From Eledone cirrhosa (Eukaryota), in NCBI GenBank assembly GCA_964016885.1, contig OZ024740.1:128960001-129024000 (forward strand): 64,000 bases of DNA. The letters are read 5' to 3'. Of the stretch, positions 51,401 through 64,000 are shown one piece after another. The first letter of the stretch is position 1. The number at the start of each line of letters is the position of its first letter. The notes below the pieces were generated by a model. The model was not told the DNA's origin. It made no database searches and worked only from the letters and a program-made list of their open reading frames with translations. A program made the position numbers and the translations under genes.

Positions 51401-54400
51401 TCACGAATTTGTGGTCCATGTAGCTGACTATCTTGAATTGTAGACAGCTTATGCTAGACCTATCTATTTCCCTACAAAATACTCTATCTAGATATGATCT
51501 GGATGACCCTATGCGATTTGTCCAAGTCCGCATTGGTACATTCGGGAAATCCAATCGGTACCTGTCAGACAGTTCAACACGCCTGAGCAGATTGGTGAGG
51601 CTCTTGCACCCTCCTCCCCTATCAGCTAATCACACACAATCCCAGCGTGCATCTAAGATCCCGTTCCAGTAGCCCACTAACACTAAAGAGCGGGACGTTT
51701 CAAGAAACGTCTCCAGACGCCGTAAGATAATAGGCCGCCCTGCTCCTGTCGGGGCATAGACGGCCACTAGCCTGAAAGCTTGCCCGTCTCCGCTGGTCAC
51801 GTCTAGCACCGTCAACTTACCTTGTGGGTCCAGGAAGATGGCCCGTATGGCGAGATCCAAACCTCTCCGAAAGAGCACAGCAACTCCTCCCCCCGATCTC
51901 GGACGGCTGGGAGATGCGTACACATCGTAGCCGCCGTAGATCAGTGCGAAGGCCCGTGCTTTGGAGATTCTGGTCTCGCTGATTGCCACTACATCTATGT
52001 TTAGTGACCTGAGGTCGTCATTGATTAGGTGACCCTGCTTCCATGACGACCCCAAGCCACGCGCATTTATGCTGCCTATTCTGAGTGAGGTCATTTTGAA
52101 ATGGAGTGGAAAAGATGGGAAATACCACTTACCTTACTTCTGGTAGAGGAAGGATGGTTTGTCCATCTTTTTCACTGCTTCTGGCCTCCTCCGGAAGGAT
52201 GTCCTTATAAATCCTCCTGGAGAGTGTTTGTCGGAAGTCTCCGATGTCTTTGGGGAATATTTGTTTTAGTGTCGTGTATGTTTTCTGTGTGATGCGAGTG
52301 ATTTGTATGTGTGGAGGTGGTGTGAACTTTTGGGTTATTATGTAGTCTTTTTCTGTGATGCTGGTGTTGTGTTGCATGTAGTGGAATAATTGGCTGTTGT
52401 TCAAATTTAATTGTTTCTACGTTAGGCACAAGGCCAGCAATTACCCAGTGCATTACTGGTACTTTATTTTATCGACCCCGTAAGGATGAAAGGCAAAGTC
52501 AACCTCGGCGGGATTTGAACTCAGATCGTAAAGGGACGTAACTATGCTGGAAAGCATGGCGTCCGACCCTCTACCAATACTGCCAATCCACCGCAAATTT
52601 AATGCTGTGTAGTGTGTATCGTTTTGGTTGTTTTGTTTGTGTTTGTTGTGGGTTTGTTTCTGTTTCGCTTTTTGGTGAGTTTTGTGGTGTGGTGATGGTG
52701 GTGTTGGGGTTAATGATAGTGATGGTGTTGGTGTTTGTGGTGATGGGGTTGGTGATGCTGGTGTGGATGGTGGCATGTCTGTCCTAACTTTTTTGTTTGA
52801 TAATTTATTTGTTTCCCTCTGTATTTTATTTTTGGAGGGCGAAGGAAGAGAATTTTTTTCTTTTTTAGTTTCTTTTTTTTCTTTTTTCCTTATACCGTTT
52901 CCCACTCCTCGTCGTCACAATCTGTCTCCAGTTGCGATAAGCCGGGGAGTGGAACATTCTCCCAGGCGTTGGTTTTGGTTGTGGCGTGGTGGATGGTGTA
53001 GGCGCTGGGTGGTGGTGGTGTTGGTTTTGTACTGTTGCTGGGGTTGTTGCTGTACATTTGCTTTTGTTGTTGCTGCTACAGTTGTTGCCGTCATTTCTGC
53101 TGCGGGTGGTGTTGATGGCTGAGTCACTGGGGTGGGGAAGAGCGGTGGCCTCAACCTTTTAGCCTGAGGGCAGAAAGCCCTTAGGTGGGTTGCTTCACCT
53201 CAAACGACACGCCTAGGTCTTCTGCCCTCGACGATTACGGTGAGGTGGCTGCCGTCAGTGAGGTCTATTACCTCTGGGACCTCCTCAATGCTTTTATGAT
53301 CCGCTTGGATCAGGAGCTCCATCCCAGATCCGGACCAGTTCTCCTGCTTTTCTTTCGCTATTTCAATTATCTTGGTGTTGGCCTCGATGCCGGCGAGGAC
53401 GGCAGCCATTAGCCAGGGAATTTCGATGGCCGGTGGAACGTGGGACACCCTGATCTTCACAAGTCTATGGCCACAATAGTTTGGGACGAGTGTGAAGTCG
53501 TCACTTCTTAATGGGGCCGTGGAGTGTTTTCTGGCCCCATGTGGTGTTTCAAAGAACTCGTCCACGGTTCCATACTTCTGCCCACGTATGATGTGGGATT
53601 TTTTGCACACACATGTCCCAAAGACTTTTGGATTTGGGACTCGGATGCCCGTTCGGCCCGGCGCGATTTTATGTTAATTGTCCGATAAGACAAGGTGCAT
53701 AGGCGATGTTGCTCCATTTTATTAGGTGTGTGTGGGGGGGTGGGGGTGAGGCTGACCCTGTGCTCATCTTTCTTTACCATTCCTTTGGCTTCTTCTAATT
53801 CCTCCTGAGTTACCTGGATCGCTTCGCACGTTTTTGCTACTCTGGCAAAACTCAGGGAAGTTTTCTTAATTTCATTGTTGCTGTTGTTGTTATCGTTATT
53901 TTTACTATTGTTAATTTTAGTTTCAGTTGTGGTGGTGGTGGCGTCAGTGGTGTTTGGTGTGGAAGAGTTAATTTTGGTTGAATTCATTTCGATATCACGA
54001 ATTAATTTATTTTTTCTTTTGTTTCTGTTGTCGCTGTGGTGGTGATTGTCGCGGTGGTGGTGGTGGTGGCGGCTTTAACACCTGCAGTCATTGGTAATGG
54101 CGAGAAATGAACGTCTGCGTGAAACAAATTAAAAATATTGCTACTGCTTACATTTCCAGTGTTGGCAAACGTAGCAATATTTACAATATGTTGTGTCGGT
54201 GTGAGGTGTTAGATTGTGAGGAAGGAGTGACTCTGAGACATCCATGATTTTTCAAAAAAAAATGTTTGTTTGATAATTATAAAAAGTTTAAATTTTGGGC
54301 TCAAGGCCCCAATATTTTTGAGTGTCCATTTCAGATATCAATGTATGTGCACTTATAGACAGTTAACAATAAAAAATGTTCCATAAATGGCAATTTTAAA

Positions 54401-54458
54401 CAACTGAAAAAAAACCTTTGCGGAGCCCACGATGATACGATTTACTACGTAGGTCGCC
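48442..54458 (-). mobile_element. L1/Tx1-clade LINE copy 4, full length (5' type II), disrupted; ORF1 ~54245-52129, ORF2 52094-48692
   Basis: Reverse-complement homologue of 31263-37111 with the same ggcgacctacgt start; bounded by (AAT)n. Confidence 0.93.
52412..52593 (-). mobile_element. SINE inserted in Tx1 ORF1; 10-bp TSD caaatttaat
   Basis: TSD at 52402-52411 and 52594-52603; absent from the equivalent site in copy 2 (~33180). Confidence 0.92.
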
Positions 54459-54536
<78 letters not shown>

Positions 54537-54537
<1 letters not shown>

Positions 54538-55191
54538 CAGTCCTATAGCTCCAACCGAATACCTAAACAGGCATGACAGAGCTGCACAATACATACATTG
54601 GATAATGTGTAAGCATTTTGACCTGCCCCATCAAAAGAATTGGTGGGAGCATCAACCACCTCCCATACTTGAAAAAGATCACATCTCAATCTTGTGGAAC
54701 TTTAGAATCCAAACAGACCGAAAAATAGATGCAAATAGACCTGATATAATATTGAAGGACTTTCAAAGGAGGGTATGCCTGCTAATTGATATGTCTGTTC
54801 CAATAGACAAGAATGTATCTATAAAAACATTTGAAAAATTGAGCAAGTATAAGGACCTGGAGATAGAAATTGGAAAAATGTGGAAATTGAGAACTAAAAC
54901 AATACCAGTGGTTGTAGGCGCTCTGGGAATGATACCTAAGGGGTCTAACGACTACGTATCGCAAATCCCAGGAAACCCGCGTATAGGAGAAATACAAAAG
55001 ATAGTACTAATGGGAACTGCCCATATACTAAGGAAGATCCTGTCAATATAAGTACATCACAAGTCTAAACACTAAGGATGCATGTGTGAATATGTGTGTT
55101 CTTTCTTGAACATGGCGGACCTTGTTGTCTCTTGAGGTCACTGGTTGTGACTTGGTGATAACTCGTATAAACATAAAGCAAGATAAATGCA
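54537..55191 (+). mobile_element. R4/Dong family A 3' fragment (RLE domain intact, 54605-55051)
   Basis: RHD...RPDIILKD...IDMSVP...KYKDL; between (AAT)n tracts. Confidence 0.93.
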
Positions 55192-55210
55192 AATAATAAT
55201 AATAATAATA

Positions 55211-55802
55211 AGAGCTGCACGATACATACATTGGATAATGTGTAAGCATTTTGACCTGCCCCATCAAACACCTCCCATACTTGAAAAAGATCACATCTCA
55301 ATCTTGTGGAACTTTAGCATCCAAACAGACCGAAAAATAGATGCAAATAGACCTGATATAATATTGAACGACTTTCAAAAGAGGGTATGCCTGCTAATTG
55401 ATATGTCTGTTCCAATAGACAAGAATGTATCTATAAAAACATTTGAAAAATTGAGCAAGTATAAGGACCTGGAGATAGAAATTGGAAAAATGTGGAAATT
55501 GAGAACTAAAACAATACCAGTGGTTGTAGGCGCTCTGGGAATGATACCTAAGGGGTCTAATGATTACTTATCGCAAATCCCAGGAAACCCGCGTATAGGA
55601 GAAATACAAAAGATAGTACTAATGGGAACTGCCCATATACTAAGGAATATTCTGTCAATATAAGTACATCACAAGTCTAAACACTAAAGATGCATGTGTA
55701 TGTATGTTATTTCTTGAACATGGCGGACCTTGTTGTCTCTTGAGGTCACTGGTTGTGACTTGGTGATAACTCGTATTAACATAAAGCAAGATAAATGCAA
55801 CT
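55211..55802 (+). mobile_element. R4/Dong family A 3' fragment, tandem to the previous copy
   Basis: Near-identical with a small in-frame deletion; TAA tail. Confidence 0.93.
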
Positions 55803-55808
55803 GTAATG

Positions 55809-55856
<48 letters not shown>

Positions 55857-55869
55857 GGGGGTGGGGGTG

Positions 55870-58800
55870 GGGGTGATGATGTAATCACCGGTAGTTATGT
55901 AATCATACATTCACCAATCCTAGATATGAGTGTTTAAATGTCGAACCTAAACAGTTCCAATAACGGTGAAGTGGAGACTGGAATGTCATATGACAGACTC
56001 TCACCCAGCAGGTGCTACATGGCTCAGCAGCAGGGACCTTCTGTCATCCAAATACTGCTGGTGTTGGAGGAAGAAGAAAAAGGAAAGGGACCAGAACCAA
56101 CTGGACGAAAGAATTGAATAGAACTGTTATGCAATGTTACTTGAAGAGTAACCCCAAGGGAAAAGGCTATAGGAAACGTATGCATAACATCTGGAACGAG
56201 ATTGGTCTATTTAAATTAGATGAACAAAAATTGGCCGCGCAGGCTCGGGTAATAAGAACTAATGAGTGGATAACCGAGCTGGAACTGGAGGAACTGAGCA
56301 GAAAGATTAGGTTGGAAACGGAGAGTGGAGTATGCCGGGCAAACGAGCCAGTGGGAAATGAATGTGAAGAAATTGAGGAAACGGAGGAAGCATCCGAAGC
56401 AGACAATATTCGGAATGCTGAAATAAATAATTGTTTCTACTTTAGGCACAAGGCCAGCAATTACCCAGTGCATTACTGGTACTTTATTTTATCGATCCCG
56501 TAAGGATGAAAGGCAAAGTCAACCTCGGCGGGATTTGAACTCAGATCGTAAAGGGACGTAACTATGCTGGAAACCATGGCGTCCGCCCCTCTAAGGATAC
56601 TGCCAATCCACCGCCCTTGCTGAAATAAATAATACCTGGAACAAAGATACGGCCATTGAGGAAATGAATGCTGACGGGCTACGACAAGATTTGTTTGATA
56701 TCCTAAACTTAGTGGTAGTTGGAATGAACAATCATAGTGGGAGACCTATAACCTAAGATTTGTAGACAGGAAAAAGTTAAAAGAAACAACAGCTAACATA
56801 AACAAAGTCATCCCATACCTTGAGTCGAGGAGCCTTTGCCAGTTCAACAATATCCTCAAAGCAAAAGCAGATGCGGTGAGGAAATTACGTGGCATAAAAG
56901 CGAGAGGAAACAACAAACAAGAAAGATCAGAACTTTGGTGGAAGAAACGACTGACAGGGAAATGAGAAATGACATTGGAAAGCTTGAATCCCTACTGAAT
57001 GGGACACTACAAAACATAGACACTAAAAATAGACTGGAAATAAAGTACAATACTAGGCGGAAAAATCTAAATATTATCATAGAGGAACTGAAGCAACGCA
57101 TTGTAGCAAAGGGTGCAAAGATTAGGCGATACGAGAGCTGAGGCAGTCAGTATAGACAGAACCTCATGTTTGACAACAACCAGAATGTGTTGTTAGGACA
57201 GCTTGAAGGGAAATAAAGAGGCAACGACTTGAACCCTGAGGCGGAACAGACTAAAACATTCTGGAGTGGAATATAGGAGCAGGATATTAAACATAATGAT
57301 CAGGCAGTGTGGATTGAGACAGTATAAAAGGTGATTAGTGAACAGGCACACCAACAAACTGATTTGAATATCACAGTTGAAGCTCTTAAGGGGCAAGCCA
57401 AAAAACTAACCAACTGGAAATCACCAGCCCCAGATGGTGTGCAGGGGTATTGGATTCCAAATATAACATCCCTCCACCCGAAACTGACAACCATGTTCAA
57501 TGACTGCTTGATGTCATGTGAGGTACCAGAGTGGTTGGCAAAAGCTACCAGAGTTCTGGCAATGAAAGACCGAATCAAGGGTAATGATGTTACCAACTAT
57601 AGACCTATCACATGTCTGTCCGTAATTTTGAAATTGTTAACAAGCATTGTGTCTGAGGAAATCTACCATCACCTCCATATAAACAACTTGGTACCGGATG
57701 AACAGAAAGGACGCCGAAAGAAGTCGCGTGGTATAAAGGACCAGTTACTTAATGATAATATGGTAATGAGGAAGGGCAAGAGGAGACACATTGGCCTTGC
57801 CATGGGAAGGATAGACTACAAAAAGGCATTCGACATGGTACCTCATTCTTGGATCAACAAAAGCCTAGAGATCTTCAAGGTGGCAGAAAACATGAGACAG
57901 TTGTTGAGCAAAAGTATGAAGTCCTTGAAAACAGAGTTAACATCGGCTGGAGAATCCTTGGGAGGTATCTTCCAGGGAGATAGTCTGTCCCCTCTGTTGT
58001 TTGTCCTTGCCCTGATACCCCTGTTCATTATACTGCGAAAGGTGAGAGCAGGATACAAGTTGGGAAAGGGAGAGCTATTATTAGGTACAGTGCGGGAATT
58101 CTGAGATGGAATGTTGCTGAACAAAAAGAAATGGATAGGAAGACTAGGAAGCTATCGGCTATCTACAACATGTTCCACAAGACGAGTGATGTCGATAGAC
58201 TCTACTTAAGGAGATCTGATGGTGGAATAATTCTTATCAGCATAGAGGACTGTGTTCAGATGAAGAAAAACAACCTACACAAATACGTGACTGATAGTAG
58301 GGAGCCAATGCGCATAATTGTACTGAAGGAGAGGACAATTGACCAGGGATGCCCAAGGAGGAAATACAACAAGGAGAAAGAGCAACCTTCATGAAAATCC
58401 CTTCATAGTACTTTCTGAGAAAACTGAATATAGAGATCCACAGACATGGAACTGGTTGAAAAGAGGAGACCTTAAAAAGGCTACAGAAGGAATGCTAATG
58501 GCTGCGCAAGAGCAGGCCCCCAAGACGAAGTGGGTGAAACACCATATTTACAACGGTGAGGCTAGCCCACTGTGTATGATCTATGGAGAGAGAGAGGAGA
58601 CAGTGACTCACATTGTATCCGAGTGTAAACCCCTAGACTAGACTCACTATAAAGGCTGGAGACATGATGTGATGGGCAGGGTGATCCACTGGCACCTATG
58701 CAAAGTAAACAATTTACCACTTTCTGAGAAGTGGTATGAGCATAAGCCAGAGTCGGTGATAGAAAACGATCAGATGCTGGTGCTGTGGGATTTTAGGATA

Positions 58801-59219
58801 CAGACGGACAAGAAACTGGAACACAATAGGCCTGACTGGTGGTTTGGGACAAGGAAGAAAAACCGTACCTGATTGAGGATGTGAACAGCCCATTCGACAC
58901 GAGAGTGCAAGAGAAGGAGAGGGAGAAAATTAACCGATACAGGACTTAAAGTGGAGGTAAAAAGGATTTGGAACTGCCATGAAGTCAAAGTGGTCCCGAT
59001 TGTCATAGGCGCACGAGGTACTATCTCAACAGGTTTCCCGGGATGGTTAAAGAAATTTGGCCCCGACACGCTTTTTGGAACGCTTCAAAAGGCATGCTTG
59101 CTGGGAACAGCAAGAACCCTCCGATACGTCCTGAATATCTGAGGCTGCAGGTAGTGGCTTGATATTCATTTCAACAAACTTTCCAGTTAACTAACATCAA
59201 TGACTGAGACTCAAAGAAC
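55870..59219 (+). mobile_element. R4/Dong family B, near full length, RT core deleted at ~58075, SINE-interrupted
   Basis: WTKELNRTVMQCY, WKSPAPDGVQGYW, NYRPITCL, DYKKAFDMV, GIFQGDSLSPLLF, CCHC/RLE remnants, (TAA)n tail. Confidence 0.93.
56432..56617 (-). mobile_element. SINE, full length; 16-bp TSD tgctgaaataaataat
   Basis: TSD at 56416-56431 and 56618-56633. Confidence 0.92.
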
Positions 59220-59229
59220 AATAATAATA

Positions 59230-59301
<72 letters not shown>

Positions 59302-59761
59302 GTAATACTAATAATAATAATAAGAAGAATGCAGAAGATCAATAATATCATTGTTTTTTTTCGTAGATTTAAATATTTTCTGGTTTCAACATCCAGCGAA
59401 TAGTATTCTCTAGTGCAATACAAGAAAAAAGCGCATACACAAATAATAAACAACTCTTATTTTAAATTGAATTCCTTTCATATATTTTTATGAAATTAAT
59501 TAGTAATTATTAAATTTGAAAGAAAAAAAGAAAAGAAAATAAAGTATCTACTATTGAACGTTAAAGAAGTGAAGAAAAAGGTCTATATAAATTGATTTCT
59601 GAAAACAATAGCCGCTAATAAGGTCGGTAAATTTCTTGGGATTTCAAAGTTGTTCAAATGTAGTGTTGTATTCATTTGTTTCCTCGTTCTTTGTTAGAAT
59701 GCGATCTGTTTATCACACTAGATAACACCACACTCACACATATCATCATGATGTTATTTAC

Positions 59762-59854
<93 letters not shown>

Positions 59855-59909
59855 CATACACACATACACAGACAGGTATATATATATATATATATATATA
59901 TACAAACAC

Positions 59910-60122
59910 ACAGGCGGCCGACCTGGGTACAAGCTGGTAAATGTTCGGTCGCACTCATGTCTATGATTTTCAGCCCTATTGATTTTGTATATAATATTCC
60001 TTTATTATATTTCAAATACCTGATGATGTCACCGGATTCATACTGAACCCGGTCATTGAAATAATCATAGTATAATAAGCCTTTCAAGGAATTATACCAG
60101 TCCAGCCTCCTGTCATTTTATA
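59910..60122 (+). repeat. Diverged relative of the R2 terminal repeat
   Basis: Aligns with the reverse complement of 20325-20540 (…ccagtccagcctcctgt…tttta). Confidence 0.78.
60017..60072 (+). ncRNA. Type I hammerhead ribozyme (R2-related)
   Basis: TAC-CTGATGA-tgtcACCGGaTTCA tac TGAAcCCGGTcatt-GAAA-TAATCA-TA-GTA. Confidence 0.72.
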
Positions 60123-60149
60123 ATATATATATATATATGTATATATACA

Positions 60150-61660
60150 CACAGTTCAAGAGAAACCAATCTTAAAGAGAGAGATGGAGATAGGAGAGTA
60201 GATAGGAGACGAGAGATTGGTGAATTAGTTAGAAGCCAAAGCATAAAGGCATGTGCTCAATGTGCAATATGCAGTGGAAAGCAGGTAGATGGCTGGGTTC
60301 ATGCAGAAGTTAGGCGCGCAGAGCTGGAAATATTCATTAGTTAAGCAAAACACGGCCACAAATTTCATAAGGAAGACATTATTAAACGATGGTCAGCATA
60401 TTTTAGTTTGATGTAAGGAATGTAGAGAATAATAATAATAATATTAATAATAATAATGTCCGTTTACAATTGTTTCGCTACTCCATATAATATTTCTGGA
60501 TCAGATGACTATATATCATTATTGATCTGGTTCAGTTGAAAATAAATAACATATTTAAAAACAGAGCGGCTCATCTGTCGAGGCTGCATTGTGTAGATCT
60601 GCCTATGGGTAATAAGATGGCCGCCAAAGGACATATTTACCTTACTAATTAGAGGGTGGTTTCAGGGGAGTAACTCCTCAAGAGATAGGAAATTGTGATT
60701 AGTTTATAGTTAAGTGCTAATTTTTAAATTGAGAGACAATGCAGGGGAGGTAACTTATAAGTTAGTTATAGCTATTTAACTTATTGGGCTACAAGTGAAA
60801 ATGGGGCTAGATGACTATGTTGGGTCAAATATTCTATTGGCGAAGGAATTAGCCCTTCGATGTTGAGAGCTAATAGTTACCTCCCTTCTATCGTTAATCG
60901 GTAGAGGTCGTGATAGAGTTATGTAAAATGCTTCGGTAATACAGAGATCACAAGATTTTCTTCGTCCATAGAAGGTTTGGGCCCTAGCTACGATATCCCA
61001 TTTTAGTGAGTGTTCAATGTTGCTTAATTTAAGGTGTTTAATGAGCCTAGCTAGAGATGTCGAACATCTGTTGCTAGGGTCCCGGAAGGGAAAAGAGTGT
61101 GCGTTATAGCGTACCTTAAAAGGGTTAGAGTTAGACCCGATATAAGAGCTGGTATTCGAATGAGTTTTAACCGTGCACCTATAGACTATGTTGGGTGTCA
61201 GGCAGTGTCCATTTAATGGGCATGCATTAGGGTAACGGCAGTTGCAGTTGCTTCTGCGGTTAGTGAGAGTAGAGTAGTTTAACCTAAGCGGTTGGTCAGT
61301 GCTAGAAGGATTAGATGGGGAGGTGTGCTACTAGAATAATTATTGGTGTAGTGGCGTGGTGTATTTGATAGGCGTGGTGGTACCGCGGTGTGGGAGTTAT
61401 ACTGTCTTAGTTTATGATGGTTACTGAATGCGATGTGGCTAGCCAAGTTAGGTGTTGTGGAGAATGAGATGTTAATGTTATTTTTATTAAAGAGTTTGTA
61501 ATATCTATGGTTGGGGGGGGGGGGGGGGGCGTTAAATAGGATAGAGAAGAAGCGTTTAGGGATATTAGTGGCTAGATTAGATGTGAATGGGGGGTTAGGC
61601 CAGGTGATATTTCTAGGTCTATTCCTTCTAGGGGTTCTAGTGGAGTTGGTAGGGGCTTTT
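60150..61660 (-). pseudogene. Highly eroded PLE RT-like sequence
   Basis: Strand-skewed composition; ordered remnants SLARLIKHL, LLALNIEGLIP, PLAAILL on the minus strand; no ORF. Confidence 0.45.
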
Positions 61661-61681
61661 ATGAATATGTATATCTATATA

Positions 61682-61757
<76 letters not shown>

Positions 61758-61775
61758 AATATACATATACATGTG

Positions 61776-61902
<127 letters not shown>

Positions 61903-63489
61903 GCGTGCGTGCGTGAGTGTGAGTGTGTTGCTTATTTTGATACAATTGATTTTCCCAGTTTATGCATACTACGTTGTACATCTCTATACGTATGTTATGC
62001 AGTATTTCTGTTGCAGTTTATTTTTTCTTCAAATGTTAAAATGTTACGTCATTCCACTATTTGTTTCGCAAAGTTTCATATACGTCTCTTCTTTTTATAT
62101 TTAGTATATATTCCTGTTTCTCTAGATTTCGGTGACTTACAAGTTGGACAATTGTGTTTGTGTATGTAGTGATACGAAACAATTTGTTATACGTTTCCTG
62201 AGGCTATGTTTTGTACTACTTCGTCAATATGCACCTTATGTCGTTTGATTCTAACTTTTACTTGTTTCTAGTAATTTTACAGTCCATTAAGATTCATTAC
62301 GCAAATGGGTGACTAATTTATATATTCGCCCCCGTTATTATATAGATCCAAGCACGTGACGATTGTGCATAAGGTTATGTATACAATATTATTCGTTTGA
62401 TTATATGTGTTCAGGCCATATATTGTAGACAAGAGATGTAACATATTCCCTCAACTCACATATTGCACCGTTACTTATGTCGTATATTATACAATTACAA
62501 ATCGAAAATCACCCATTTAAAATATATCCAACAAGGGAAGAGGAAGACGTGGAAATTCACTAACGCAATAGAAAGGTATTAACATTACTTTCTTTAATTT
62601 AATATTTTGTAAATAAATATTTTCTGAATTTCCACTTTAGCAGAGTGTTGTAGTAGTTCCAGGTCTCTATCAAATTGTTCTTTCAACTTTGTTACAAAGC
62701 TTGTATCTAATGTAATTACACGCAAGATAAACGTTAATAAAACAAATATATAAATTAACCACGTAGAACTAACATCCAGACAACTTCATTGTAGTCACCT
62801 AGGTAAAGCATTGTTATCTTGAAGCAGAGGAAATTATTTATATCTAATAACATTATTTTTTTGTGTATTTATGACAACTGTTTGTCTACAGTTGATTTTT
62901 TTTCCATCGTGATTTATGGATAATCTAATAAGTATAAAGTTTGATGGTTATAAATTACTCAAAAACTGTTGTAAGAATAATAATATATAGTTTCCAAGAG
63001 GCAAAAACAACAATAACAATCCATCGACGCAAATAAAATGAATATAATATTGAATCAACTAAAATGCGTCGTACATAAACGATTGAATCAGCAATATAGA
63101 GCTTACTAAGTTCTATACGTATGGATAGTCTTTTCGCTCCACACATTTAAGGTCGTATTTTATATAGAGGCATAACGGGAATATACATATATATTCTTGC
63201 TCAAACTCTCACATACAACGGGAAAAGCTCTCACATACACACACTCACGTACACCTACAAACATACACAAACACCACCTTCAGTCTTCCCCGCTTCGATC
63301 CCCCGCCTCCCTCTCCCAACTCCACCCCCAACACCCTTTCCCGCCTCACACCCTTCCACCACTTGTTCATCTTACCGTTTATTCTTATGTTTATTTTAAC
63401 GTTTATTTTTATTTTTATTTGTTCTCCTTCCCCCTTTTTTCTAAATGTATTTCCACACACCCTCTGAACTCTCATCCTAACCTATTTAC

Positions 63490-63521
63490 TCCTGAAGAAG
63501 GGCTTATGCCCGAAACGTCGG
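63490..63521 (+). ncRNA. Minimal hammerhead motif of PLE terminal-repeat type, within a probable solo pseudo-LTR (~63190-63605)
   Basis: tc-CTGAAGA-aGGGC ttat GCCC-GAAA-CG-TC-gg; palindromic ACGT stem III, weak stem I. Confidence 0.78.
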
Positions 63522-63665
63522 CTCACCCATTACACTCTCAAAAGCGTGAACCTAATAAACCTTTATTTGTCTGCTTCTCTGTTTTGTTCCCGTATAAATT
63601 TGCACTATATATATATATATATATATACGCAGACACACACAGACGCACAACACACACACACACGC

Positions 63666-63760
<95 letters not shown>

Positions 63761-63845
63761 CATATATATATATAAGATACATATAGAAATACGAAACAAG
63801 AACACAGTGGAGTCAAGTAAAATAGTGAAGTAGATGCGAAGTTAC

Positions 63846-63931
63846 CTTAGCAATTTTTAAAGATCCCAGATTGCTTCGAATTTGCCATCCATTATCAAGC
63901 AGAGTACGTAAGAAAGACCTGAGATAGAAAT
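63846..63931 (-). CDS. Candidate internal exon of an unidentified host gene (xFYLRSFLRTLLDNGWQIRSNLGSLKIAK)
   Basis: Acceptor tttatatttcag, donor AAG|gtaact, 86 nt with an open frame in unique DNA; no recognised homology. Confidence 0.4.
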
Positions 63932-64000
63932 CTGAAATATAAATTTAATCAGACAGCCGCCTACTATGATTCTTAGGTTTCTTTCTGAAGTCTCCCCTAC

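Overview
AT-rich, microsatellite-dense eukaryotic DNA, almost entirely transposon-derived. The SINE and LINE repertoire suggests an octopod cephalopod (inference only). No intact host gene is evident, apart from a few candidate short exons on the minus strand. Contents: (1) Two R4/Dong-clade (RLE) LINE families with (TAA)n tails. (2) Four long L1/Tx1-clade LINEs (three head-to-tail at 25.2-41.4 kb) plus a fragment, all ending in (ATT)n. (3) Six copies of a tRNA-type SINE whose tail resembles the Tx1 3' end. (4) Several Penelope-like elements (PLEs), including a near-intact one and one whose inverted repeats bracket the 16-kb Tx1 array. (5) Two RTE fragments, one with a 5' inversion, and one deleted mariner. 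The most notable hidden layer is RNA-level: about ten minimal type I hammerhead ribozyme motifs or remnants in at least four unrelated repeat families. These include a ~420-nt tandem non-coding monomer (non-LTR retrozyme-like) and a 2.56-kb element with hammerhead-bearing direct repeats around an eroded PLE RT. All structures and identities were judged by eye; coordinates of degenerate boundaries are approximate.
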